Program-made: the position numbers and the translations under genes
The notes under the pieces: model-generated
What the model was told of the DNA's origin: nothing
The model's input: the letters and a program-made list of their open reading frames with translations, nothing else
Database searches by the model: none
Source: Microgenomates group bacterium Gr01-1014_16
Lineage (GTDB): Bacteria > Patescibacteriota > Microgenomatia > CAZETR01 > Amesbacteraceae
Assembly (NCBI GenBank): GCA_007376345.1
Contig: VMGA01000001.1
Span: forward strand, 61,747 to 125,746
DNA: 64,000 nt
Direction of reading: 5' to 3'
Part shown: positions 1 through 8,775 of the stretch, in pieces
Position numbering within the stretch: position 1 is the first letter of the stretch
How the letters are laid out: each line of letters starts with the position of its first letter

Positions 1-301
1 TAATGTCGTCAAATATTGTGACATAGTCCACGCCTTCGATTCCTGCTACTGTTTCCGCTCGGTCTTTTTCTCCAATGATAGGGCGACTTGGTCCTTTGTA
101 ACTTTTGACTGATTGGTCACTATTTACTAGAATAAAGAGTACGTCTCCTTGTCTTTTCGCCTCTTGGATCGACTTGATATGACCAACGTGAATAATGTCA
201 AAACTGCCGTTACAAGTAACGATCTTTTTCCCTTGGTTTTTAAGTTGTCGTGCCAGGACGATTAATTTTTTCAGTGAAATTACTTTTTGACTTAGATACA
301 T
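1..301 (-). CDS. Partial CDS at the window edge, running off the 5' end of the window. D-beta-D-heptose-1-phosphate adenylyltransferase, i.e. HldE/RfaE domain II (cytidylyltransferase-like).
   Basis: The minus-strand translation from the ATG at 301..299 reads MYLSQKVISLKKLIVLARQLKNQGKKIVTCNGSFDIIHVGHIKSIQEAKRQGDVLFILVNSDQSVKSYKGPSRPIIGEKDRAETVAGIEGVDYVTIFDDI. It carries an HxGH nucleotidyltransferase motif (FDIIHVGH). The ORF track does not list it because it runs off the window. Confidence 0.6.
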   Translation of the reverse strand, partial: MYLSQKVISLKKLIVLARQLKNQGKKIVTCNGSFDIIHVGHIKSIQEAKRQGDVLFILVNSDQSVKSYKGPSRPIIGEKDRAETVAGIEGVDYVTIFDDI

Positions 302-311
302 ATTTGTAGCT

Positions 312-320
312 AATTGTAGC
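312..320 (-). promoter_or_regulatory. Putative extended -10 promoter (TGCTACAAT on the minus strand) driving the leftward adenylyltransferase gene.
   Basis: The reverse complement of attgtagca is tgctacaat (TGnTAnAAT), 10 nt upstream of the ATG at 301. A mirror-image copy at 341..349 drives the divergent rightward gene. Confidence 0.4.
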
Positions 321-340
321 ATTTGGTTTACTATTATTCG

Positions 341-349
341 TGCTACAAT
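341..349 (+). promoter_or_regulatory. Putative extended -10 promoter (TGCTACAAT) for the heptose kinase gene, giving a near-leaderless transcript.
   Basis: tgctacaat at 341..349 sits 8 nt upstream of the ATG at 358. It is an inverted copy of the element at 312..320. Confidence 0.4.
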
Positions 350-357
350 CCCTTCAA

Positions 358-1359
358 ATGAAGTTGTCAATACTTGAAAAAGAGAGGCTGTTTAGAATAA
401 TAGATAAGTTTTCTGATCAAAAAATTGTGGTTTTAGGGGATCTCATGCTGGATCGATATTTATGGTCTAAAGTAGACCGAATTTCTCCAGAGGCTCCAGT
501 TCCTATAGCTAAAATCGAAAATGAAACTCTTGTCCCTGGAGGTGCTGCCAATACTGTTTACAACCTGGCCAGTTTAGACGTTAAAGTTGAAGCAGTTGGT
601 CTTATTGGGAAAGACTTTGCTGGTGAGGAACTTGCACGAATTTTGACAAATAAAAATATTGGACTCTCGGGTTTAATAATTGATGAGAATCGTACCACTA
701 CTCTTAAAACTCGTGTGATGGCAGGTAACCATCAAATGATTAGGTTTGATTATGAAGATACAAGAGAGGTTAGCCCTAAACTTGAAGGTAAGTTGTTGTC
801 TGCTGTTGGTGAGTGTCTAAAAGATGCCACAATACTAATAATCTCTGATTATTCAAAGGGTTTGATTTCGAGTCGTTTTGCACATCGTGTAATTGCATTG
901 GTGAAAAAAAAGAGGATTAAAGTTCTGGTTGACCCAACTCCACAAAGTTTCAACAAATATAAACACTCTTACCTCGTAAAGCCCAATAAAAAGGAGGCTG
1001 AAACAATTGTTGACGAACGTATGGCTTCTGACTATTCTAATCTTGGCAGTATAGGACGAAAGATGATCAATAAACTAAAGACTGAAGTTTCATTCATTAC
1101 GCTGGGTGAGGATGGGATCGCTGTAATAGATTCGTCTAATAACATTTTCCGTATTCCTGCTTCTAGCCGCGATGTCTATGATGTTTCTGGTGCAGGCGAC
1201 ACTACCATGGCGGCGTTGGCAGCAAGCCTATCTGCAGGAGCAAATCTCAAAAGATCTGCAATTCTGGCGAACTTGTGCGCGGGAATAGTGGTGGGCAAAC
1301 TGGGTACGGCTACTTGCTCACGTCAAGAATTAAGAAATGGCGTTCGAGAACAGATATGA
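358..1359 (+). CDS. D-glycero-beta-D-manno-heptose-7-phosphate kinase, i.e. HldE/RfaE domain I (PfkB carbohydrate kinase family).
   Basis: N-terminal stretch: KIVVLGDLMLDRYLWSKVDRISPEAPVPI...GGAANTVYNLA. C-terminal stretch: DVSGAGDTTMAALAASL. This is the RfaE kinase-domain architecture. The track ORF starts at a GTG at 340, but the ATG at 358 behind the TGCTACAAT -10 box is preferred. The stop overlaps the next gene in an ATGA. Confidence 0.7.
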   Translation: MKLSILEKERLFRIIDKFSDQKIVVLGDLMLDRYLWSKVDRISPEAPVPIAKIENETLVPGGAANTVYNLASLDVKVEAVGLIGKDFAGEELARILTNKNIGLSGLIIDENRTTTLKTRVMAGNHQMIRFDYEDTREVSPKLEGKLLSAVGECLKDATILIISDYSKGLISSRFAHRVIALVKKKRIKVLVDPTPQSFNKYKHSYLVKPNKKEAETIVDERMASDYSNLGSIGRKMINKLKTEVSFITLGEDGIAVIDSSNNIFRIPASSRDVYDVSGAGDTTMAALAASLSAGANLKRSAILANLCAGIVVGKLGTATCSRQELRNGVREQI

Positions 1360-2411
1360 AAATTCTTGTTTTGTGTTTACCGGCAATTGGTGACGGATTG
1401 ATGATAACTCCCATGATTAGAGTATTGCGTAAGAGATTTCCTAATGCTGAAATAGACGTGGCTTGCATGATGGGTGGGGTCCAGTATGTATTTAAAAACA
1501 ATCCATACATTAGCCAAGTTCACTTTTTATCTATTTACACAAAAAATTGGGTTCGGGGAATTTTCCAAATATTATCCTTGAGGAAAAGAAAATATGACGT
1601 GTCAATTTTGTCTTTTCCGTCTTATAGAAGGGAATACCATTGGGTTCAGGCTGTAATTGGAGCAAAGAAAAGTATCGCCCACTTGTTCTCTACGGGGTAT
1701 TGGTTGGAGTTCAACTTTCTAAACACTGATTTGGTGGCTGTTGATGAAGCTAGCCATAATGTAATTAATAATCTCAATCTTACCTATGCTTTGGACATCG
1801 ATTGGCGAAAATATTTAGAGGAAAAGAATGTCAGATATGACCTAAAACTTGATACTTTGGATATCGATTTTGGCAAAGACTACGTTAAGAGACTTGGCTG
1901 GTCAAATAAAAAAATCGTGGCTATTCATCCCGGGTCAACCAATTCGCCGGCTGCTTTACTACGACGCTGGCCTTCTGACAGATACGCACAAGTGGCTCGG
2001 TATCTAATTCGAAAAAATTATAAAGTGATAATATTTGCGGGACCTGAAGAGAAAGAAGTCGGAAATGAATTAGAGCGTTTTGTGCACAGTAAGCAGTGCC
2101 ATCTGGTGGACAACGTCAATTTTAACCAGAGTTTGGGCATTTTGAACCAAATGGATCTTTTGGTTTGCAACGATAACGGATTTGGGCATTTGGCAAACGC
2201 GCTAGGAAAGGAGATTGTGACACTGTGGGCTTCGACTAATGATAAGTGGAGTTTGCCAATTAACAAAAAACTGGTCACCCTTGTACGAGCCCCAAAGTTC
2301 ATTCCCTGGTATCGGTATATCTTAAAACGATCTATACCAAAGGGGGTTAGTGGCGGTATGGAGCAAATACAAGTAAAAGAGGTAATCGAAGCTATAGAGA
2401 AGACTCTATAA
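1356..2411 (+). CDS. GT9-family glycosyltransferase (heptosyltransferase-like, RfaF/WaaC fold).
   Basis: MKILVLCLPAIGDGLMITPMIRVLRKRFPNAEIDVAC is a typical GT9 N-terminus, and the C-terminal region contains IHPGS...LVCNDNGFGHLANALGKEIV. The start is taken at the internal ATG at 1356, which overlaps the kinase stop in an ATGA. Confidence 0.7.
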   Translation: MKILVLCLPAIGDGLMITPMIRVLRKRFPNAEIDVACMMGGVQYVFKNNPYISQVHFLSIYTKNWVRGIFQILSLRKRKYDVSILSFPSYRREYHWVQAVIGAKKSIAHLFSTGYWLEFNFLNTDLVAVDEASHNVINNLNLTYALDIDWRKYLEEKNVRYDLKLDTLDIDFGKDYVKRLGWSNKKIVAIHPGSTNSPAALLRRWPSDRYAQVARYLIRKNYKVIIFAGPEEKEVGNELERFVHSKQCHLVDNVNFNQSLGILNQMDLLVCNDNGFGHLANALGKEIVTLWASTNDKWSLPINKKLVTLVRAPKFIPWYRYILKRSIPKGVSGGMEQIQVKEVIEAIEKTL

Positions 2412-2949
2412 GTTCGCAGAGAGTGTGAATGATTACCAGGTGGACTTCCTGGATAAGAGGGGTTTTGTTTGAAGGAATAATTAAATTGATGTTGCAGAGG
2501 TTTTTGAGTTTACCTCCATTACCTGTTAAAGATATGGTTTTAACTTGGAGTGATTTGGCTGCTTTAGCGGCGGCTAAAATATTGGGAGAGTTGCCACTAG
2601 TGCTGATACAGAAGAGCACGTCCCCTTGTTTTGCAACAGCCTCCACCTGGCGAGAGAATACTTTATCGAATCCGTAGTCGTTGGCTATGGCCGTAAGGGC
2701 CGACGTGTCTGTGGTCAGAGCAATCGCGGGCATGGCCTTGCGTTCTTTTTGATACCGGCCGACCAGTTCGGCGGCGAAATGTTGAGACTGGGCGGCACTG
2801 CCGCCGTTGCCGCAAATCAGAAGTTTGCCGCCGGATTTGAATGTTTGAGTTATCAACTTGGCCGCTTGACTGATGGGAATGCGGAGTTTGGGAAGTGATT
2901 GTTTAATCAACTTACTCGAAGCGGTGAAATGATCGTCAATGTTTCGCAT
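2392..2949 (-). CDS. gmhA: Phosphoheptose isomerase GmhA (SIS domain; sedoheptulose-7-phosphate isomerase).
   Basis: KLLICGNGGSAAQSQHFAAELVGRY...VLFCISTSGNSPNILAAAKAAK is the canonical GmhA SIS-domain signature. Length is 185 aa. Confidence 0.8.
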   Translation of the reverse strand: MRNIDDHFTASSKLIKQSLPKLRIPISQAAKLITQTFKSGGKLLICGNGGSAAQSQHFAAELVGRYQKERKAMPAIALTTDTSALTAIANDYGFDKVFSRQVEAVAKQGDVLFCISTSGNSPNILAAAKAAKSLQVKTISLTGNGGKLKNLCNINLIIPSNKTPLIQEVHLVIIHTLCELIESSL

Positions 2950-3682
2950 AAATGCGTAACCAAAATTCGTCTATTTTTAACAATGGCAAAATGACCAGGA
3001 CTATATTAACTCCAAACTGGGGAATTGGCCATTGGCTAATAAAGAACTTGGATTTGAAGTTGTTTCTTTGCAAGATTTTCAAAATAGTCGATAGCTTATT
3101 TTCCGGGTTATAAGGGCTCGCGTGAAATTCTAGGATGATGTTTTTGACGAGCTTTAATTTTGGTTCAATTTCTTGAACGACTTCTGTTTCCGCGCCTTCG
3201 ATATCCAGCTTAAGTAAATCTATGGGAGAGTTTATATATTGGGAAAGCCTTACCGTTGAGACCTGGACTATTTTAGATCTGTCTTTATTGTTAAATTTGT
3301 TTTCTTTTAACGAATCTCCCCTGCCCCAAGGATTCTGTTTAGACTTACTGGTATAGAAATTCATTTTCCCGGATTTCCCTGCCACAGCCGCGTTTACCAA
3401 TTTAATCCGGGTTAGTTTGTTTTGAGATATGTTTTTCTTAAGTAGTGCAAAGCTTCTAGGACTTGGTTCGAAGGCGGTAATTTTAGCTTTGGGAAATTGT
3501 TCTTTAAAATACAAAACCGTTTCGCCTATTAACGCGCCGACGTCGAAGATTACCGGGTCCGGTTTGGAAGTATCAAACTGATAATAATTTTTCTCGTACA
3601 GTTCTTTTAACATTTCGTCCAACTCGGCTTCGTTGACGTAAGAAATTAACCAGTTTTTAAATTTTTTTGTTTTTATTCCCAT
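2936..3682 (-). CDS. FkbM-family SAM-dependent methyltransferase.
   Basis: FDVGALIGETVLYF...AFEPSPRSFALLKKNI...KLDIEGAETEV is the FkbM (Methyltransf_21) pattern. Confidence 0.7.
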   Translation of the reverse strand: MGIKTKKFKNWLISYVNEAELDEMLKELYEKNYYQFDTSKPDPVIFDVGALIGETVLYFKEQFPKAKITAFEPSPRSFALLKKNISQNKLTRIKLVNAAVAGKSGKMNFYTSKSKQNPWGRGDSLKENKFNNKDRSKIVQVSTVRLSQYINSPIDLLKLDIEGAETEVVQEIEPKLKLVKNIILEFHASPYNPENKLSTILKILQRNNFKSKFFISQWPIPQFGVNIVLVILPLLKIDEFWLRIYAKH

Positions 3683-5667
3683 GGCCAGACTTTGAAGGTT
3701 ACGTTAATTTCGTAATTCCCCAATTTGTCAACTTGCCAGCCATTGGCGTAGCCATTAATGGCAAAGTGCTTGTCGATAACGTCGTCGTTCACTTTTGCAA
3801 TCCAAAGATTGTTATAGTTTACTGAAAGGATAAGAATATATGGACTATTGGCATCCTTAATTTGATATCGGTAGTGAACTGGTGAAATCTTGACAATTTT
3901 ATAAGAGGGGAGTTTCGATTGATCTATCTTGGGTATGTCTGCCGATAATGAAAAGGCTGAAAGCAACGGAACAAAATCATCACTGTTTACCACCATATTC
4001 AATCCCTTCTTCAATGTTTCAGTTTCTGTCACGTCATTACTTAGATATCCCCAGTTTACGGGTACGTTCTCAAGTTGATATACATCTAAAGCGTCGAATG
4101 ATTTAGTGAGCCGAACATTCCTCATTTGAGAAGTCATTGATTTTGTTCCTTCATAGTTCTCTTGCACTGTAGGCCCTGGCAACACGTCCTTGTGCACCAC
4201 TAGCGTATCTATGACAAAAAATTGCATAAGACGATATAGATTTGGCGACCGTAAATACTGATATATAAGAAGATATGGATCGTCGGGGAAAAAATACGTT
4301 TTTGATACTGAGGGACGACTAAATGTGTACTCTGAAGGTTCATCTCCAGAATATCCCCAATTGTATTCCAGCCCAGAACCGTGGAGGAAAGGAAGGTGAA
4401 GCAGGCGAAAACCTGATTGACCATTTAAATAACCATCAGCAAGCTGGTAGGATGGAGGCACTTCAATCTGATACCCCGCAAAAACTTGGGCCGTCCACAT
4501 TGGTCTTAATAACACAAAACATACTACAAACAAAATTAGGGTTCTAATATGGCGAGATGGTATCTTAGACAGGCCCAAAGCTACCAGCAAGGAGTAGGGA
4601 AGCAAAAAAACAACCCCAAGTTTTTCATATGGATTTCGTAAAACCATAGTGACTGGTATACTATTAAACAACCAGGAGTAAAAACTTTCTCCCCACGGCG
4701 GATTTGCTCCCTTGACTAAAAACCAGCCCGCAATTAACCATATTAAAAGAACCTTTCCACTTGGAAGTCTCAGTGTGGATACTATTCCGACAACTAACAA
4801 TCCCACCAACAGTTGACTAATAAGGTGTATCGGCCTAGAAGAAAAATACTTTGACCAAATAGCCCGGGAACCAAAATAGTAATTTTGCTTTAGCAGTACA
4901 ATTTCCGAGTTGGGATAATACTTGCTCACGTCTATAAGAGACCTTACATTAGAAGAAACATTAAGATAACGAGTATAGGAATTTTCCTTAGTAGCCAAAG
5001 GATACCACCACCAAGCTGCGGCAAGAAGCCAGACGGTAACTCCAATAATTGCGGGGACAAATTTCCGATACTTTAGCCACACGATTCCCGCTGGTATCCA
5101 CAATGAAAAAATCGATGCTGTTAGGGTGAAAATATTTGAAAAAATGAAAGAAGTTATAACCAGTAATAGTAGGTACCTTACCTTTCTTGAATCCAACCAT
5201 CTAATCCAGATGTAAAGAAATAGAGGGAGATAAGACCATAGAAAAAATAATTCGTATATAAAGCGCTGGAGAACTTGAGAAAGGAAAAACAGATTAAATA
5301 CATAGAGGAGTGCAGCATACAATCTGGTATATTCTCTTGAATTGGGCAACAATAACTTAGTTAGTGGAGGAATTGATATTAGGGGGGTCACAATCAATAA
5401 AAAGAAAATTAACTGTTGAATCCTTAAACTAGGGACCCTTAAAGCGCTTAAGCCAGCTGAGAAGGCGTGTAGAGAAATTCGGGGTAACGAGAAGGGGTTG
5501 GTAAAGCCCAAGCCGGTATCTTGCCACAGATAAGATGACATTTGAAATGTTCTAATTGGGTTATAAAAGGGTAGTCCCTCCTCGGCATGAGCCAACATCT
5601 TCTTCTGACCGAACCAAATTGAGGTTAGAAGAAAAGGGACAATGAAAATTAATATCAATTTCTTCAT
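3673..5667 (-). CDS. Large polytopic membrane protein with a C-terminal soluble domain. Possibly a GT-C-type glycosyltransferase (arabinofuranosyl/mannosyl-transferase-like).
   Basis: 664 aa. The N-terminal two-thirds are hydrophobic (many W/F/L-rich helices). The roughly 200-aa C-terminus is hydrophilic. No diagnostic motif was recognised. Confidence 0.45.
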   Translation of the reverse strand: MKKLILIFIVPFLLTSIWFGQKKMLAHAEEGLPFYNPIRTFQMSSYLWQDTGLGFTNPFSLPRISLHAFSAGLSALRVPSLRIQQLIFFLLIVTPLISIPPLTKLLLPNSREYTRLYAALLYVFNLFFLSQVLQRFIYELFFLWSYLPLFLYIWIRWLDSRKVRYLLLLVITSFIFSNIFTLTASIFSLWIPAGIVWLKYRKFVPAIIGVTVWLLAAAWWWYPLATKENSYTRYLNVSSNVRSLIDVSKYYPNSEIVLLKQNYYFGSRAIWSKYFSSRPIHLISQLLVGLLVVGIVSTLRLPSGKVLLIWLIAGWFLVKGANPPWGESFYSWLFNSIPVTMVLRNPYEKLGVVFLLPYSLLVALGLSKIPSRHIRTLILFVVCFVLLRPMWTAQVFAGYQIEVPPSYQLADGYLNGQSGFRLLHLPFLHGSGLEYNWGYSGDEPSEYTFSRPSVSKTYFFPDDPYLLIYQYLRSPNLYRLMQFFVIDTLVVHKDVLPGPTVQENYEGTKSMTSQMRNVRLTKSFDALDVYQLENVPVNWGYLSNDVTETETLKKGLNMVVNSDDFVPLLSAFSLSADIPKIDQSKLPSYKIVKISPVHYRYQIKDANSPYILILSVNYNNLWIAKVNDDVIDKHFAINGYANGWQVDKLGNYEINVTFKVWPWE

Positions 5668-6692
5668 TATCTAATAAAAGACGCCATTGAATCAGTCAAA
5701 AATTTTCTGCCTGTTTTATTTTTTATAAATGTATACAGAAGTATATCAGTTACGGAAATTGTAACTATCGGTTCCATCAAGAGCGCCCAATCTTTGTGCT
5801 TTAAAAATCGGATAAAACCTCTGATGGCCGCTGGGAGGAAAAGATTGGCATAGATAACAAATAGAATCAATTTGAATACTTCGTATTTGTTGTGAGTGTC
5901 TAATATCGTATAGTGATATTTTCCATATTCGGGAAAGTAATGCATACCCATATTGCGGACACGCTTTTGTAATAAATGCCTGAAGTTTGTAGCATGATAG
6001 TGATAGTATCCGGGTTCGGGGACATAAGCAAAATAAGGATAACCGGATCGTACGCAGTTAATAATAAAATCATGATCAAAATAATCTTTTGTAGTCCAGT
6101 TAGGTGTCTTTTTTAAATACTTAATTCTATAAAACATGCGAGCTGCTGGGGGTATTTTTTTGTCCTCATATTTGCAAACAATGTAATTTTTCTTCGTCTC
6201 TATAAAGGTTTTTTCTACAGGTAAAAAGAGGAACTCCAATAGTGGGTCGCACTGACAATAGTGATAAGAAAGAAACCTGGGAACCCAGTGCATATTTTTA
6301 TGCGGATATTCCTTGGTGAACGTTGCCACCAGTCGGTCATCGTCAAGAAGTGGTTTAATCATGCTTTTAATAAAGTTTCTACCTCTTAAAACAATATCCT
6401 GTTCTAGATAAAAAACGAACTCTCCTTGAACTTTGTGAAGACCTTTCACCCAGTTTGAGTACAACCCTCCTTCCGGATGAAGAAAAACCCTTGCACCAAA
6501 CTTTCTTGCAATATTTACACTTTCGTCAGTGGATCCATTATCAACTACAACCACATCAATAAGGTTAGTTGAATATATCTGACTCTTGACCGATTCCAAA
6601 CAGTTCCGAACACCCTCCCCACCATTTAAGGTGAGTAAAATAAACGACACCTTTGGCCATTTAATCATCATGTCATGTGGCATATTTAACAA
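5667..6692 (-). CDS. GT2-family glycosyltransferase (GT-A fold).
   Basis: VSFILLTLNGGEGVRNCLESV...VVVVDNGSTDES is a typical GT2 N-terminal signature. Confidence 0.7.
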   Translation of the reverse strand: MLNMPHDMMIKWPKVSFILLTLNGGEGVRNCLESVKSQIYSTNLIDVVVVDNGSTDESVNIARKFGARVFLHPEGGLYSNWVKGLHKVQGEFVFYLEQDIVLRGRNFIKSMIKPLLDDDRLVATFTKEYPHKNMHWVPRFLSYHYCQCDPLLEFLFLPVEKTFIETKKNYIVCKYEDKKIPPAARMFYRIKYLKKTPNWTTKDYFDHDFIINCVRSGYPYFAYVPEPGYYHYHATNFRHLLQKRVRNMGMHYFPEYGKYHYTILDTHNKYEVFKLILFVIYANLFLPAAIRGFIRFLKHKDWALLMEPIVTISVTDILLYTFIKNKTGRKFLTDSMASFIR

Positions 6693-7581
6693 AACAATCT
6701 ACTACCCTTTGCCATGATCTAAACTTTTTTCCTAGTCTTTTTTGAGTATCTTGACTCATTAATCCACCATCTTTGGGATATCTGTTTGGATGTGTATTAA
6801 GATATTCGTCGATGCTAGCTTTTTTGACCTTATTCCTATCTGGGCGCACATTCGACATTAAATACTCAGCCAACTCCACTGGAGTAGTAACGTCGTCGCT
6901 TGCTACGTGATATATACCACTCATTCTTGCATCAATTAGTTGTATCAATGAATCTACAAGTTCAGGTATATATGTCAAAGTTATGTTTTGATCACAAAAA
7001 AGCGGATAGGAATTACCGGTGTCGTAAAGCCACTGAATTTTTCCAATATAATCTAACCTCGGATCATAGATAGGTTTAGTCACATTACCTATCCTCACAA
7101 CACAAGCGTTCTTGTTTGAAATGACTGCTTGTTCTGCCTGTCTTTTAGTCCAACCGTACCAAGATAAATCATTTGGATCGTTTTCAGGAATATCGCTTTC
7201 GGAATATGGACCTTTTTTCCCTTCTTTTCCGCTAAAAACCATATCTGAGGATATATGAAGTAAATATATCTCATATGTGCTGCATGCTTCGGTTAAGTTC
7301 TTTGCCCCAACCACATTGGCCAACCAGGCACTTCCATTTTTATCGCCTCTTTGTAATTCGGCGGTATTGGCGTTTCGATGAGCGGCAAAGTTAATAATTG
7401 TATCTGGTTGATATTTCGTTACAGATTGTGCCACTGACTCTTTTTCTGATACATCCATTTGAGACGGTGAAGGACAGGCTAATAAGTAGTCATTTCTTGC
7501 AGCAAGTGCGCGTATGCATGTAGATCCAATAAATCCACTTGATCCCGTAATTAAAATTCGTCTTTCTGATTTAGCGGCCAT
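6673..7581 (-). CDS. RmlD-like NAD(P)-dependent sugar reductase (dTDP-4-dehydrorhamnose reductase family).
   Basis: A Rossmann motif ILITGSSGFIGS occurs near the N-terminus. A YxxxK-containing stretch (WYGWTKRQAE) follows, and the length (302 aa) is RmlD-like. Confidence 0.6.
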   Translation of the reverse strand: MAAKSERRILITGSSGFIGSTCIRALAARNDYLLACPSPSQMDVSEKESVAQSVTKYQPDTIINFAAHRNANTAELQRGDKNGSAWLANVVGAKNLTEACSTYEIYLLHISSDMVFSGKEGKKGPYSESDIPENDPNDLSWYGWTKRQAEQAVISNKNACVVRIGNVTKPIYDPRLDYIGKIQWLYDTGNSYPLFCDQNITLTYIPELVDSLIQLIDARMSGIYHVASDDVTTPVELAEYLMSNVRPDRNKVKKASIDEYLNTHPNRYPKDGGLMSQDTQKRLGKKFRSWQRVVDCFVKYAT

Positions 7582-7614
7582 TTAACCCGATTATACAAAA
7601 TGTCCAGAGTTTTA

Positions 7615-8775
7615 CTAGCCAAGGTCAAACATCTCAGGATAAATTTTTTTGTAGTAGTATTTCTGGCTCAAGCGGTAAGCGTTCCGACTATAGAAGGAGT
7701 AGTTGGATATAATTTTTTGGGTGGCTTTTGCCAGGGCTTGGGGGTCATCGTGCCTAATTATTATTCCCGCTTTGGCTTTTTCCACTTCGTGGGAAAATTC
7801 CAAAACATTGGTTAATATCACCGGTAATCCGAGGCAAATGTATCTTTTAATTTTTCCGGGATCTCCATAATACGACACATTACTTGGATCTGGAATATAT
7901 GTGGCAATGCCTAAGGTACTTTTTTGCAATACCTGGTTAAAAGAATCACCTTCTAAATATCCATAGAATTTTGCTTTTACCCCTGTTTTTTTGGCCATAG
8001 CTTTAAGAATTTCCTCGTCGGGACCAGAGCCAATGACTTCATAACTAAAATTACCTATGCTTTTAAACAAGGTTTGGGAATGATCAAAAATAACTCCTGG
8101 GCCCTGGTTTATTTTGAGCACTCCAATGAAAGCATAAACAACCTTCTTGGGATTATGTTTTTTGTGATAGGGAAAGTAATCTGTGCCAATTGGAACGATT
8201 GTGTGCTTTGCGTCTCGAGCATAAATTCCCAGATCTTTGCGCAAATTTAACAATCGGTTGTTAACGAATGCCACCTTATCTGAGTACGAACTAACCCTAT
8301 CAAACTGCCAATAAATATACCTCATTAACATCACAACCTTACTTGGATGAATTGGCGGATAGTAGTCCCACACCCAAAAAATTGTTTTGCTTACAGCTCC
8401 GAAATATCTTAAGTTAATGCCTATCCAGGCAATAAAAGCATTAACAGTGAAGAAGTAATCAATTTTTCCAAATTTTCTTTTCAGCCACAAAGAGTAAGCT
8501 ACAATCTGGAAAAAATTAATTATAGACCGCACCGGCAACAGAAGAAAGATTAGTGACTTAGGAATCGGTAATTGAAACAGAACTTTTTCGATAATCAGAT
8601 CACCTTTCCTAAATACCAGTAATCTATTGTAATTCTTTTTATTGCGTAAATTGTAAAATCCTATGGAGAAGTGGAATACGTAATTGAAATTCTCTTTCAG
8701 ATATTCCAGGATCTTTCCGGAATTTTCGTATGGCGAGTAATTAGTGTAGACGATCGAATTTTGCGACATTTTCAA
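7615..8775 (-). CDS. GT-B-fold glycosyltransferase (GT4/GT1-like).
   Basis: The C-terminal half (EGDSFNQVLQKSTLGIATY...GDPGKIKRYICLGLPVI) resembles GT4/GT1 donor-binding domains. The N-terminal half is divergent. Confidence 0.5.
   Translation of the reverse strand: MKMSQNSIVYTNYSPYENSGKILEYLKENFNYVFHFSIGFYNLRNKKNYNRLLVFRKGDLIIEKVLFQLPIPKSLIFLLLPVRSIINFFQIVAYSLWLKRKFGKIDYFFTVNAFIAWIGINLRYFGAVSKTIFWVWDYYPPIHPSKVVMLMRYIYWQFDRVSSYSDKVAFVNNRLLNLRKDLGIYARDAKHTIVPIGTDYFPYHKKHNPKKVVYAFIGVLKINQGPGVIFDHSQTLFKSIGNFSYEVIGSGPDEEILKAMAKKTGVKAKFYGYLEGDSFNQVLQKSTLGIATYIPDPSNVSYYGDPGKIKRYICLGLPVILTNVLEFSHEVEKAKAGIIIRHDDPQALAKATQKIISNYSFYSRNAYRLSQKYYYKKIYPEMFDLG

Noticed and set aside
340-357. The GTG start at 340 for the heptose kinase, as given in the ORF track.
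   Set aside because: It would place the start inside the TGCTACAAT -10 box. The ATG at 358, which follows that box 8 nt downstream, is the more plausible initiation codon.
1310-2898. Small ORFs antisense to or overlapping annotated genes. Examples are 1310..1510 (-), 2018..2302 (-), 2429..2677 (+) and 2626..2898 (+). There are many similar 60-120-aa ORFs throughout the track.
   Set aside because: They lie entirely within larger ORFs with strong family signatures on the other strand or frame. They show low-complexity or odd composition and have no RBS or motif support. They are treated as spurious.
1-2949. Interpreting the gmhA / hldE / GT9 genes as an LPS inner-core locus.
   Set aside because: No lipid A (lpx), Kdo (kds/waaA) or other core genes are present. 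The context is instead dominated by GT-C, GtrA/GtrB and S-layer-type glycan genes. Heptose use in a non-LPS glycan is therefore more consistent, although LPS cannot be excluded from this window alone.
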